In this document: positions 27,540 to 36,549 of the stretch, piece after piece | Layout: every line of letters begins with the position of its first letter | How positions within the stretch are numbered: position 1 is the stretch's first letter | Origin: Vicinamibacterales bacterium | GTDB lineage: Bacteria; Acidobacteriota; Vicinamibacteria; Vicinamibacterales; UBA8438 | Direction of reading: 5' to 3' | Length of the DNA: 64,000 nt | NCBI GenBank assembly: GCA_965202695.1 | Contig: OZ241843.1 | Coordinates: 826,254-890,253, forward strand | The notes under the pieces: model-generated | The model's database searches: none | Seen by the model: the letters and a program-made list of their open reading frames with translations, nothing else | What the model was told of the DNA's origin: nothing | Program-made: the position numbers and the translations under genes

Positions 27540-28517
27540 ATGGATGCCGCCATCCGCATGACCGGCGTCACCAAGACGTTCGGACCGCTGACCGCGGTCG
27601 ACCACCTGGACCTCGAGGTGCCGCGCGGCGGGTTGTACGGGTTCATCGGACCCAACGGGGCCGGGAAGACGACCACCATCCGGATGATCATGTCGATCCT
27701 CTTCCCGGACGCCGGCGCCGTCTCCGTCCTCGGGCATGCGTCGGCGCTCGCGGCGAAGGACCGCATCGGCTACCTGCCCGAGGAACGGGGCCTCTACAAG
27801 CGGATGAAGGTCCGCGCGTTCCTCCGCTACATGGCCCGGCTCAAGGGCGCCGACGGCCCCGATCTCGAACGGCGGATCTCGGCCGCGCTGGAGCGCGTCG
27901 GGCTGTCCGGCATCGATTCGAAGCGGTGCGACGAGCTGTCGAAGGGCATGTCGCAGAAAGTCCAGCTCGTCGCGGCGACGATTCACCGGCCGGACCTGCT
28001 GGTGCTGGACGAACCGTTCAGCGGCCTCGACCCGGTGAGCACGCGGATGCTGCGCGACCTGATCCTCGAAGAGCACGGCCGGGGCGCCACCATCCTGTTC
28101 TCGACCCACGTGATGCCGCAGGCGGAGGAGATCTGCCCGCACGTGGTCATGGTGCACGAGGGCCGCAAGGTGCTCGACGACGCGCTGGCCGCCATCCGCC
28201 GCCGGCACGACCCGCGGTCCATCCAGCTCGACCCGCTCGACCCCGCCGCCGACACGGCGGCGCTCCGCGCGCTCCCCGAAGTGGAGCGCGTCGACGACAC
28301 CGGCCGCGGGCTGGAGATCGGGCTGCGGACCGGGACGGACCCGACGGCGGCGATGCGGCGGATCCTGGAGACGGCGCCGGCCGCGCGCATCGAGATCACC
28401 CGTCCGCGCCTCGAGGACGTCTTCATCGAGATCGTCACCGGCGGCGCTTCCGGCGGAGACGAAGACCGGTTGCGCGCCGCGCTCCGGGACGCCGAAGGGG
28501 AGGAGGCGCCCGCATGA
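27540..28517 (+). CDS. ABC transporter ATP-binding protein (ABC-2/NatA-like)
   Basis: Walker A GPNGAGKTT, signature LSKGMSQK, Walker B LLVLDEP. GGAGAGG RBS before the ATG at 27540. Confidence 0.9.
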   Translation: MDAAIRMTGVTKTFGPLTAVDHLDLEVPRGGLYGFIGPNGAGKTTTIRMIMSILFPDAGAVSVLGHASALAAKDRIGYLPEERGLYKRMKVRAFLRYMARLKGADGPDLERRISAALERVGLSGIDSKRCDELSKGMSQKVQLVAATIHRPDLLVLDEPFSGLDPVSTRMLRDLILEEHGRGATILFSTHVMPQAEEICPHVVMVHEGRKVLDDALAAIRRRHDPRSIQLDPLDPAADTAALRALPEVERVDDTGRGLEIGLRTGTDPTAAMRRILETAPAARIEITRPRLEDVFIEIVTGGASGGDEDRLRAALRDAEGEEAPA

Positions 28518-29884
28518 ACCGCATCCTGCACGTCGCCCTCCGCGACTTCCTCGCCACGGTGACGACGAAGACCTTCCTCGCCGGGCTGCTCGTCGCGCCG
28601 GCCATCGGCGCCGTCATGATCGTCGTGGGGCCGCGGCTCTTCGACGACCGCGGCTATCAGGTGGAGGGCGAGTACGCCGTCGTCGACCCGACCGGCGTCG
28701 TCTTCCCGGAAATGCGCGCGGCGCTCGACCCGGAGGTCGTGGCGCGGCGGCGGAGGGACGAGTTCCGCCGGGGACTCGCCGAGGCGCCGGCGCCGGTCCG
28801 CGGGATGGCCGAGGCGGCGCTGCGGCAGTCGATGGACGAGGCCCTGGGGCCGGCGCCGAACGTCCGGCTGACCGCGCTGCCGGCCGACGCCGACCTCGAC
28901 GCCGCCAAGGCGTGGCTCGACGGGGAGACGGACGGGCTGCGCCACGCCGCGCTCATCGTCATCCACGAGCACGCGGTGGCCGCCGCCGGCCCCGCCCGGG
29001 AACTGGGGACCTACGACCTGTTCGTGCCCCCCGGCCTCGACGACCGCGACCTCGACTTCATCCACGACAGCACGCGGAACGCCATCATCGACGCGCGCGT
29101 GGCGGCCCACGCCCTGGACCGCGAAGCGATCGACGCCCTGCTGCGGGTGGCGCGGCCGCGGTCGACCACGATCGCCCCCGACGTCGAACGCCAGACGGTC
29201 GGGGGCCTGAACTTCATGCTGCCCCTGGCGTTCATGATCCTGATGTTCATGGGGATCATGGGCGGCGGCCAGACCATGCTCACCTCGACGGTGGAAGAGA
29301 AGTCGAGCCGGGTCGTCGAGGTGCTGCTGTCGGCGGTGTCCCCCATGGAGCTGATGGCCGGCAAGCTGCTCGGCGGGGTCGCGATCAGTCTGGTCATGAT
29401 CGGCCTTTACGCCGCCCTGGGACTGGCGCTGCTGTCGTCGTTCTCGATGTTCGGCCTGATCGACCCGTGGCTGATCGTCTATCTCGGGATCTTCTTCCTG
29501 ATCGGGTTCTTCCTGATCGGGTCGCTGATGCTGGCGGTGGGCGCGGCGGTCAACGACATGACCGAGGCGCAGTCGCTCCAGATGCCCCTGATGCTGGTGG
29601 TCATGGTCCCCTGGTTCGTCTGGCCGGCGGTGTCCCGGAACCCCGACTCGACGCTCGCCGTCGTCGTGAGCTTCCTGCCGCCCGTCAACGCGTTCGGGAT
29701 GCTGCTGCGGGTGGCGTCGAGCCAGCCGCCGCCGTGGTGGGAGGTCTGGCTGTCGATCGCCGTCGGCCTCGCGTCGGTGGCCGGCGCCGTGTGGGTCGCC
29801 GCGAAGGTGTTCCGGATCGGGCTGCTGATGTACGGCAAGCCGCCCGACCTGAAGACCCTCGTCCGGTGGGTCAGGGCCGCGTAG
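28514..29884 (+). CDS. ABC-2 family transporter permease (NatB-like)
   Basis: The ATG overlaps the upstream stop. One N-terminal TM segment, a large extracytoplasmic loop, then a cluster of 5-6 TM segments, as in ABC-2 permeases. Confidence 0.8.
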   Translation: MNRILHVALRDFLATVTTKTFLAGLLVAPAIGAVMIVVGPRLFDDRGYQVEGEYAVVDPTGVVFPEMRAALDPEVVARRRRDEFRRGLAEAPAPVRGMAEAALRQSMDEALGPAPNVRLTALPADADLDAAKAWLDGETDGLRHAALIVIHEHAVAAAGPARELGTYDLFVPPGLDDRDLDFIHDSTRNAIIDARVAAHALDREAIDALLRVARPRSTTIAPDVERQTVGGLNFMLPLAFMILMFMGIMGGGQTMLTSTVEEKSSRVVEVLLSAVSPMELMAGKLLGGVAISLVMIGLYAALGLALLSSFSMFGLIDPWLIVYLGIFFLIGFFLIGSLMLAVGAAVNDMTEAQSLQMPLMLVVMVPWFVWPAVSRNPDSTLAVVVSFLPPVNAFGMLLRVASSQPPPWWEVWLSIAVGLASVAGAVWVAAKVFRIGLLMYGKPPDLKTLVRWVRAA

Positions 29885-29951
29885 CGGCCCGCGAACGGGG
29901 GCGGCGCCCGCCGGCCGGAGCGGCAGGCCGGCGGCGTTCCACCCCGGGTCG

Positions 29952-32900
29952 TCAGGCCGGCGCCGCCAGCTCCCGGAAGCGGCAGAAGGGGTTGGCCAGA
30001 CGCATCTGCTCGGGGGTGCGGCAGTCCGGCGCGAAGAGCGCCGGACTCGCGACGACGGCCGCCACGCAGCGGGCGCGGGACGTGGCGACGTTGAGGCGGT
30101 GCCGGCTGTAGAGGAACTCCATCCCGCGGGGGGCCTCGTCGGCCGTCGAGGTGGCCATCGAACAGATGGCTATCGGCGCTTCCTGCCCCTGGAACTTGTC
30201 GACCGTCCCCACCCGCGCGCCGGCCGGGAGCCGCGCGCGCAAGGCCGCGACGTGCGCGTTGTACGGCGCCACGACCAGCACGTCGGCCAGGGCCAGCGGG
30301 CGCCGCACACCCTGCGCGTCGACCCACGCGCCGCCGCCGCCGAGCAGCTCGTCGACGAGGTCGGCGACCCGCGCCGCTTCCTCGTCCGAGGCGTTCGTGT
30401 TGCCGGCATGCTCCACCGCGACGAAGCGCAGGCCGCGCCCGGCCAGCGGCCCCGGCCCGATCACCCGCTGCCGGGCCAGCTCCGGGCGCGCGCCCAGCCG
30501 TCCGTCGTAGAACTGTTCCGTCGTGAACGCGCAGACGTCCGGGTGCATGCGCCACGTGCGGTCGAGGAAGACGCCGCGCGCCGGGTCGACGGTCGCCGAC
30601 GCGCCCAGGAGATGACCGAGGGCGGAGACGTCGGCGCCCGACGGGTGGACGCCCTGGATCGGCTGATCGAGCTGACGCGGGTCGCCGAGCAGGACGAGGC
30701 TCCCCGCCGCCTGGCAGACGGCGAGGGTGCTGGCGAGGCTCATCTGTCCCGCCTCGTCGATGACCAGCACGTCGACCGCATCGGCCATCTCCTCGCGCGC
30801 CCACAGCCACGCGGTGCCGCCGGCCAGGTTGGCCTCGCCGGTGGCGAGCGCCTTCGCCACCTTCTCGTTCGAGCCGGCCGGGACGATGCGCGCGTCCGGG
30901 CAGCCGTCGCCGTCGTTCGCCTTCTGGACGCCGCGCACGGCGACCGGCGCCGGCGCGCGGCCCCGCCCGCTCCCGGCTCCGCCGACGGCGTCCGATCCGC
31001 GGTCGGCCGCCGCGCACACGGCGGCGAGAAGGTTGGAGATCACCTTGTGGCTGTTGGCGGTCACCCCGACCCGCATCCCCGCCGCGAGCAGATCGAGGAT
31101 CATCCGCGCGCCGGTGAACGTCTTGCCGCTGCCCGGCGGTCCCTGCACCGGCAGCACCGAGCGGTCGAGCCGCGGGGCGATGCGCCGGACCGCGTCCAGC
31201 GGCGTTTCTCCTTCCGCGGCCAGGCTCGCTCCGTCCGCGCGCGCCGCCGCCCCGAAGCGCGGCAGCGCGCGCCGCAACAGGTCGAACGCGGCGCGCCGCG
31301 GGCTGTCGGAGGCGAAACCGCGGGACGCGGCCTCTTGCGCCAGCCGGCCGATGCTCTCCTGCAGCACCCGGCTGTTGACCAGGTCGATCGGCACGAGCGC
31401 GGTCGGATGCGGAGCCGGCGAATTGCGCAAGCGCTTCAGGTCGATGACGCCCGCGGCCTCGTCGAGGGCGGCCACGCTGCCGCAGTAACCGCGCTTGCAC
31501 TCGTCGGATTCCGCGGTGGCGGGGTTCTTCGGCGCGTCGCCGACCTCCATCTCGTGGGACTGCTCGGGGAACCGGTAGCGGTGGACGACCGAGCGCTTCT
31601 CCTGCGCCACTTCACCGACGTGGGTCAGCGCCCCGAGCGTCGCCCGGCTCTCGACGTGCTCCTCTTCCGTGAAGCCGCAACGGGCGAAGAACTCCCACCA
31701 CGTGGACTTCTCCTCGCGCCGGTGGAACTCCAGCAGGTGCGCCAGCAGCCGCCGCGCCCGTCCGTCGTCGTCGGCCGGCGCCGCGTCGTCGGCCGGCGCG
31801 CCGCCGGTGAGCGCCTCGAACAGGGCCGCGACCCCGGCCGCCGACTCCCGCTCCCGTTCGCGCTCGTCGTCCCGCGGGGCCGGCCGCGGCGCCGGTTCGC
31901 CCGTCCGCGCCTCGATTTCGCGCCGGCGCTCCTCCAGCCAGTCGGCGAGACGCAGCGTCGAAAGGCAGTCGTCCCGGTTGTATCCTTCGACTTCGCCGCG
32001 CAGTTCGTCCGACGTCCCGCCCGCGACGCCCGCCTCCAGCGCCGCCTCGAACCGGACGAGCGCCCGCGTCGCCGCCGTCAGCCCGACCGCGCGCCGGAAA
32101 CCGTAGAACGGCTCCAGCTTCTTGATGGAATAGCGCTCGACCGAGGCCCGCAGCCCCTGCCGCACCACGCGGTGCAGGTCGACGAACACGTCGCCGCGGA
32201 GCAGACGGTCCACCTCCTCCCCGCGGGTGGCGTGCCGGCTCGTCAGGCGCTTGACCGCGGTCGTCTCGTAGGCGCCGTAGTGGTAGACGTGGAAGCCGGG
32301 ATGCCGCGCCCAGCGCGCCATGACCCCGTCCATGAAGCGCTCGAACGCGCGCTTCTCGTCCGGCGGGTCGAGCGCCCAGCAGGCGTCGTACCCGCCGGCC
32401 CGGTCCGCCACCCCGAACAGGTACTCGAACCCGCCGGCCCCCGCGAAGGCGTCGCCTTCGACGTCGAAGAATACGTCGCCGGCCGACGGCTCCGGCAGCG
32501 CCGCGAGCCCCTTGCCCCGCTCGACCGGCGTGACGAGCTCGCAGATGCGCCGGCCCTCGCGCCGCGCCCGATCCTGCACGCGCGCCTGCTCGCGGACGCG
32601 GGCCAGCGCGGCGGCGCCGACCCCGTCCAGCCGGGGGACCAGCGGCAGGTCGAGCGCGCCCAGATCGGCCATCGTCGCGACGCCGCGCGCCATGAGCCGG
32701 CGCCGCTGGCCGCGGGTGACGCCGGCGACCAGCGACAGATGATCGTCGGCCCGGCGCCGTTCCGCGCACGCCTGCTTCCACGCGCAGAGCGCGCAATGCT
32801 CGACCGGTTCCGGATACGTCTCCGGCGGCGCGTCGGCGTGGGCCTCGAAACGCCGGCGCACCGCGCGGTAGTACGCCGCGTACTCCACGACCCGGAAGCT

Positions 32901-33482
32901 CTCGAGGCCCGCGCCGTCGCCCCCGCCGAGGACAAGGCGCATCTGCCGGGGTTCGCTTCCCTGGGCCCGCGCCAGCAGGTCCGAGTACAAGAGAAGCTGC
33001 AGCAGCGCCTCGCCCTTTGCGCGGCGGGCCAGCTTCGCGTCGAGCACTTCGTACGACCAGCCGCCCAGCGCGCTGCGCCCGTCCACGCGGAGCAGGAAGT
33101 CGGGATAGCCGCTCCAGCGCCCGGCGTCGTCCTCCAGACGCCCCTGGTAGACGACGTCGACCCCGCGCGCCATCGCGTCGCGCGTGCGCACGGCCGCCGC
33201 CGCCGCGTCCCGCCGCGACAACGGCGTGTCCGCCTCGACGACCGTCTCCACCACGCGGCCTTCGGCCCTGAACCGCTCCACGAGCCGCCGCTCGTGCTCC
33301 ACGCCGCGCTGCCGCAGCACGTCGCCGCGGGGATCGTCGTACGGCGGCGGAGACTCGATCTCGCCGAGCGCGACGGCCCGGTTGAGAGTCGTCAGGTGGC
33401 TGCACGAGAGGTGGCGGGAGAGATCGGTGGCCGAGAACGCAAGCCGACCGGAGACGCGCCGCATGGGATCGGACGATAGCAC
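29952..33482 (-). CDS. RecB-like (TM0106-type, Cas4-like) nuclease fused to an SF1 (Upf1/DNA2-like) helicase
   Basis: N-terminal FSATDLSRHLSCSHLT...YEVLDAKL nuclease core with a Cys cluster (HCALCAW..C). C-terminal GPPGSGKT Walker A, VLVIDEAGQ Walker B, and VDKFQGQE / ...NVATSRA helicase motifs. Confidence 0.8.
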   Translation of the reverse strand: MLSSDPMRRVSGRLAFSATDLSRHLSCSHLTTLNRAVALGEIESPPPYDDPRGDVLRQRGVEHERRLVERFRAEGRVVETVVEADTPLSRRDAAAAAVRTRDAMARGVDVVYQGRLEDDAGRWSGYPDFLLRVDGRSALGGWSYEVLDAKLARRAKGEALLQLLLYSDLLARAQGSEPRQMRLVLGGGDGAGLESFRVVEYAAYYRAVRRRFEAHADAPPETYPEPVEHCALCAWKQACAERRRADDHLSLVAGVTRGQRRRLMARGVATMADLGALDLPLVPRLDGVGAAALARVREQARVQDRARREGRRICELVTPVERGKGLAALPEPSAGDVFFDVEGDAFAGAGGFEYLFGVADRAGGYDACWALDPPDEKRAFERFMDGVMARWARHPGFHVYHYGAYETTAVKRLTSRHATRGEEVDRLLRGDVFVDLHRVVRQGLRASVERYSIKKLEPFYGFRRAVGLTAATRALVRFEAALEAGVAGGTSDELRGEVEGYNRDDCLSTLRLADWLEERRREIEARTGEPAPRPAPRDDERERERESAAGVAALFEALTGGAPADDAAPADDDGRARRLLAHLLEFHRREEKSTWWEFFARCGFTEEEHVESRATLGALTHVGEVAQEKRSVVHRYRFPEQSHEMEVGDAPKNPATAESDECKRGYCGSVAALDEAAGVIDLKRLRNSPAPHPTALVPIDLVNSRVLQESIGRLAQEAASRGFASDSPRRAAFDLLRRALPRFGAAARADGASLAAEGETPLDAVRRIAPRLDRSVLPVQGPPGSGKTFTGARMILDLLAAGMRVGVTANSHKVISNLLAAVCAAADRGSDAVGGAGSGRGRAPAPVAVRGVQKANDGDGCPDARIVPAGSNEKVAKALATGEANLAGGTAWLWAREEMADAVDVLVIDEAGQMSLASTLAVCQAAGSLVLLGDPRQLDQPIQGVHPSGADVSALGHLLGASATVDPARGVFLDRTWRMHPDVCAFTTEQFYDGRLGARPELARQRVIGPGPLAGRGLRFVAVEHAGNTNASDEEAARVADLVDELLGGGGAWVDAQGVRRPLALADVLVVAPYNAHVAALRARLPAGARVGTVDKFQGQEAPIAICSMATSTADEAPRGMEFLYSRHRLNVATSRARCVAAVVASPALFAPDCRTPEQMRLANPFCRFRELAAPA

Positions 33483-33547
33483 GGAACCGGTGGTCGGAAG
33501 GTGTCAGCCGCAGCGGCCCCTGGCTCGCATGTGCTTCGACGGCAGGA

Positions 33548-33787
33548 TCATGGCTCGACGACAGGTCCCGCCGTGTCGCACGGTATCCGTTCGGCTCGTG
33601 CGCCGCGTTCTCCGGCGTCGTCCTCGCGGGGCGCCAGCGTACGGGGCGGGCACTGCACGTAGTTCCGGCCCGACTTGGCTTCCACGGCCTTGACGTGCCT
33701 GAAGATGGCTTCGAGGTCATCGTCGAACCGTGCGGCCAGCCGGTCTCGCGCGGCCCGCACTTCCGCCACGATGGGGTCGGTGGTCAT
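33548..33787 (-). CDS. Small partner protein of the upstream PIN protein (antitoxin-like, 79 aa)
   Basis: ATGA overlap with the PIN gene stop. IVAEVRAARDRLAARFDDDLEAIFRHVKAVEAKSGRNYV resembles small proteins I recall paired with this PIN family. Confidence 0.5.
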   Translation of the reverse strand: MTTDPIVAEVRAARDRLAARFDDDLEAIFRHVKAVEAKSGRNYVQCPPRTLAPREDDAGERGARAERIPCDTAGPVVEP

Positions 33788-34281
33788 CGTTCTCCATCCT
33801 CGTCCACGAGTTGTTCGGGCGTGCACAGCACCGGGGGATCGACGCCTGCTCCGCGACAGACCGATTCGATCCGCGGCCTGGACATCGCATTCGCAATGTG
33901 ACGGAAGTTCCACGTCACGAGAAACTCCACGCCGTGAACCGCGGCGATGGCGACGTGCGCCGCGTCTTGCGCCGCCCGTTCGGGAACGGCCCCGACACGC
34001 ACCAGACGCCGCGTCAGTTCCAGTGCTTCCGTCGGCGCCGCGAGCGTCGTCAGCGGCGCGAGGGCGGCAAGTCGGGCGCGGGACGCATCGTGATCGCCGA
34101 CGGCCGCTTCCTCCCGAACCAGTTCGGAAATCACGAGGTCGAACCGCTTGGGGGCAGTCTCCCACCAGTCGCGGGTGCTTTGTTGCCGGCCTGCGATCAC
34201 GACGTCGCGCGCCGGCCGCGCCGTCAGGTAGCTGACGATGCTGGTCTCGACATAGACGCGAGGTCTTGCGGATGCCGTCAT
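33784..34281 (-). CDS. PIN-like domain protein (VapC-family toxin candidate)
   Basis: VYVETSIVSYL (first acidic residue), LVISELVREEA, and AAQDAAHVAIAAVHGVEFLVTWNFRHI match a PIN-like layout. Confidence 0.65.
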   Translation of the reverse strand: MTASARPRVYVETSIVSYLTARPARDVVIAGRQQSTRDWWETAPKRFDLVISELVREEAAVGDHDASRARLAALAPLTTLAAPTEALELTRRLVRVGAVPERAAQDAAHVAIAAVHGVEFLVTWNFRHIANAMSRPRIESVCRGAGVDPPVLCTPEQLVDEDGER

Positions 34282-34405
34282 TCGTCCCTCACACCCGGAA
34301 CAGCAGGCGGCTCGTTGCCCACGTCTTCCGGTCAGCCGCTCGGATCGTCGAAGATCGAAACCCGGCCCGTTACGTGCGCACGATGCCGTGCATCCTCGAA
34401 AAGTT

Positions 34406-35602
34406 TCACGCCGCCTCCGGGACCCGGTTGGTCCGATAGGCTGATATCACTTCTTCCTTTATCAGTCCCCTGTGACCCAACCTCTTCGGAGCCAGCATCC
34501 TGTCCCGAATGGGATCTCTGAATCGGTCGAACAGCGCGAAACCCTTCTTTTCGATAATCGCATGCAGGACGTTCCACGTGCAAACTCTCACGCTTCCAAT
34601 CAGATTGTCCCCGCACACGACCACCAGACACGCATTGTCGTCCAGCGTGTCCCTTATCGTGTCGAACGCATTGTCCATGTCGTAGAAGTACCGATGAACG
34701 ACGGCGCACAGGCGGGGATTCCGCGACTTCAAGCTCCTCAACGCCGGCGCCAACGTGAAATCCCTTTCGATGGATTCCCGAGGCACCCCTTCCAGCAACC
34801 TTCCTCGTTCTCTCCCCACGAATCGTTCCTTCACGTCCTTCACCTTGAACGGCAGTACGTCTTCCAGCAGATGCAGCTCGAGCTTGAAGTTCCGAAAATA
34901 GTCCTGCGCGTTGATGTATGGCGGCGACGTGATGACGTGCGAGTGCCGCCCCAGGTCTCTGAAGCTCCGCCGCGGATCGCAAACGTCGGCGCAAGCGAAG
35001 CGGGATCCGACGCTCGCTTCGCGACCTCCCCCGTAGAGCATCGAGAGCTCTTCCAACAGCTTCAGCATGATTCCATACGGATCGAAATGCCGCCCCGCCC
35101 TCGAACGCCGCGCTTGCTGCGAGATGAACGGCTTCGGGCTTCGCTGATCCGCCCTGGAGCACAACCGGACCGCAAGAGCGTAACCGAGAAGAACGGGCCA
35201 ACATTCCGGGGTGCCCCGGAGAGGAACGCTCCTGCTGGCTGCTCTCAAGCGCTCGAATTTTTCGAGGGTGCCCGCCGTAAACCAGTAGCTCTTGCCGATC
35301 CAGTCAACCGGCAACGGTTCGATCGGGCGTTGCGCCTCGGCAATCCACGCCTTGCCGAGCTCCCGGGCGCGATCCAAGTCGAATCCCTGGACCTTCACGC
35401 GGTAGAACAACTCCGAGATCGGGTTCAAGTCGACACCTGAAACCCGAAGTCCGGCTCGGTTGGCCGCGGCGGCTATCGCACCCGATCCGCAAAATGGATC
35501 GAGAACGGAATCCGCCTCGGCCGCGTATCGCCGGATCAGCCGATCCGCCAGCCGGGACACCATCTTGCCCGGGTAGCGGTCCAGTCTCGTGGCCAGTCTC
35601 AT
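34406..35602 (-). CDS. Stand-alone DNA methyltransferase (N6-adenine/N4-cytosine; motif I N-terminal, motif IV SPPY ~230 aa later)
   Basis: ATG at 35602 overlaps the upstream stop (ATGA). VLDPFCGSGAIAAAA is motif I and HVITSPPYINAQDY is motif IV. Low G+C relative to the window. Confidence 0.8.
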   Translation of the reverse strand: MRLATRLDRYPGKMVSRLADRLIRRYAAEADSVLDPFCGSGAIAAAANRAGLRVSGVDLNPISELFYRVKVQGFDLDRARELGKAWIAEAQRPIEPLPVDWIGKSYWFTAGTLEKFERLRAASRSVPLRGTPECWPVLLGYALAVRLCSRADQRSPKPFISQQARRSRAGRHFDPYGIMLKLLEELSMLYGGGREASVGSRFACADVCDPRRSFRDLGRHSHVITSPPYINAQDYFRNFKLELHLLEDVLPFKVKDVKERFVGRERGRLLEGVPRESIERDFTLAPALRSLKSRNPRLCAVVHRYFYDMDNAFDTIRDTLDDNACLVVVCGDNLIGSVRVCTWNVLHAIIEKKGFALFDRFRDPIRDRMLAPKRLGHRGLIKEEVISAYRTNRVPEAA

Positions 35603-36549
35603 TTGCCGCCAGCCGTCTTGAGCACCCAGGTCGGACCGATTCCCGTGGAGAAGAACGCGTGGTTGTGCCGAAGCGGTCCCGCGTAGACGATCGCCGGCGG
35701 GTCGTCCGCCTTCCTGACGTAGTCGTAGATGCCCAACGTCTGCGGCTTGGTGCCCAGCGGACAGATGATCCGCGCGAAGCCACCCCTCCCCGACCCTCCG
35801 AGAACGTCCGTGAGAGTCGCGCTCGCCGCGGCCGGGTCCAGCGCATCGATTTTCCGAACCTCCTTTCTGCCGACCACGGTCAGAAGGTCGTGGTTGAACT
35901 CCTCCGTCCTTCCGGTCCAATCCGGCCTGTACGGTGGATCGGGGACCGCCAACGTCGTCTTCATCGGCTGGATCTGTTCATAGACCGCCATCGCCCGGTC
36001 GCCCTCGTATCCCAGGAACAGTATCAAGTGAACGGGGCGGCTGAGGTCGGGACAGGCGGAAAAGCCGGGAGCCTGTTGGAGAGAGGCGAGTCCAAACGAA
36101 AGCGGAACGTACCTGGAAACCAGATAGTCGCCCGGTTCGCTGTACACGACGTGCAGTCGGTCCCACAGACCGTGGTCGTCGAGCCACCGCAGCATCATCA
36201 GCAGGTGTCGCTTCGTGAAGACGGAAATGTCGATGACGACGGCCCGGCCGGCGGACCGCTCCATGGACCGGCGAAGCTCGTCCATGTTCGCGCGAAGGCT
36301 CGTGACCGCGTCGGCTTCCGTGAACTGAAGAACCGTCAACCGGGCGCCGAGCTTTCGGAACGCGGATTCCATCTGTCGATGGTTCCTTTCGCGCGCGGGG
36401 CTCTCGTCGTCGTAGTGAAACAGGACTACTTCACGCGGCGACCAGGCCTGCGCGCGAGTCAGAAGCCCCTTGCACCGATCCTCATGGCTGGAACAAGTGA
36501 TCAGCACCGCCCCGTCGGGCAGGCATCCAACCGTCAGCGGCCGCCTCAT
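35599..36549 (-). CDS. Uncharacterised 316-aa protein, middle gene of the TIR-NTPase/MTase operon
   Basis: ATGA overlaps at both ends (36546-36549 and 35599-35602). Alternating beta-strand-like hydrophobic runs (VLITCSS, VVLFHYDD, VVIDISVFTK, HLILFLGYEGD, ARIICPLGTKPQ) suggest Rossmann-like alpha/beta folds. No family recognised. Confidence 0.6.
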   Translation of the reverse strand: MRRPLTVGCLPDGAVLITCSSHEDRCKGLLTRAQAWSPREVVLFHYDDESPARERNHRQMESAFRKLGARLTVLQFTEADAVTSLRANMDELRRSMERSAGRAVVIDISVFTKRHLLMMLRWLDDHGLWDRLHVVYSEPGDYLVSRYVPLSFGLASLQQAPGFSACPDLSRPVHLILFLGYEGDRAMAVYEQIQPMKTTLAVPDPPYRPDWTGRTEEFNHDLLTVVGRKEVRKIDALDPAAASATLTDVLGGSGRGGFARIICPLGTKPQTLGIYDYVRKADDPPAIVYAGPLRHNHAFFSTGIGPTWVLKTAGGK

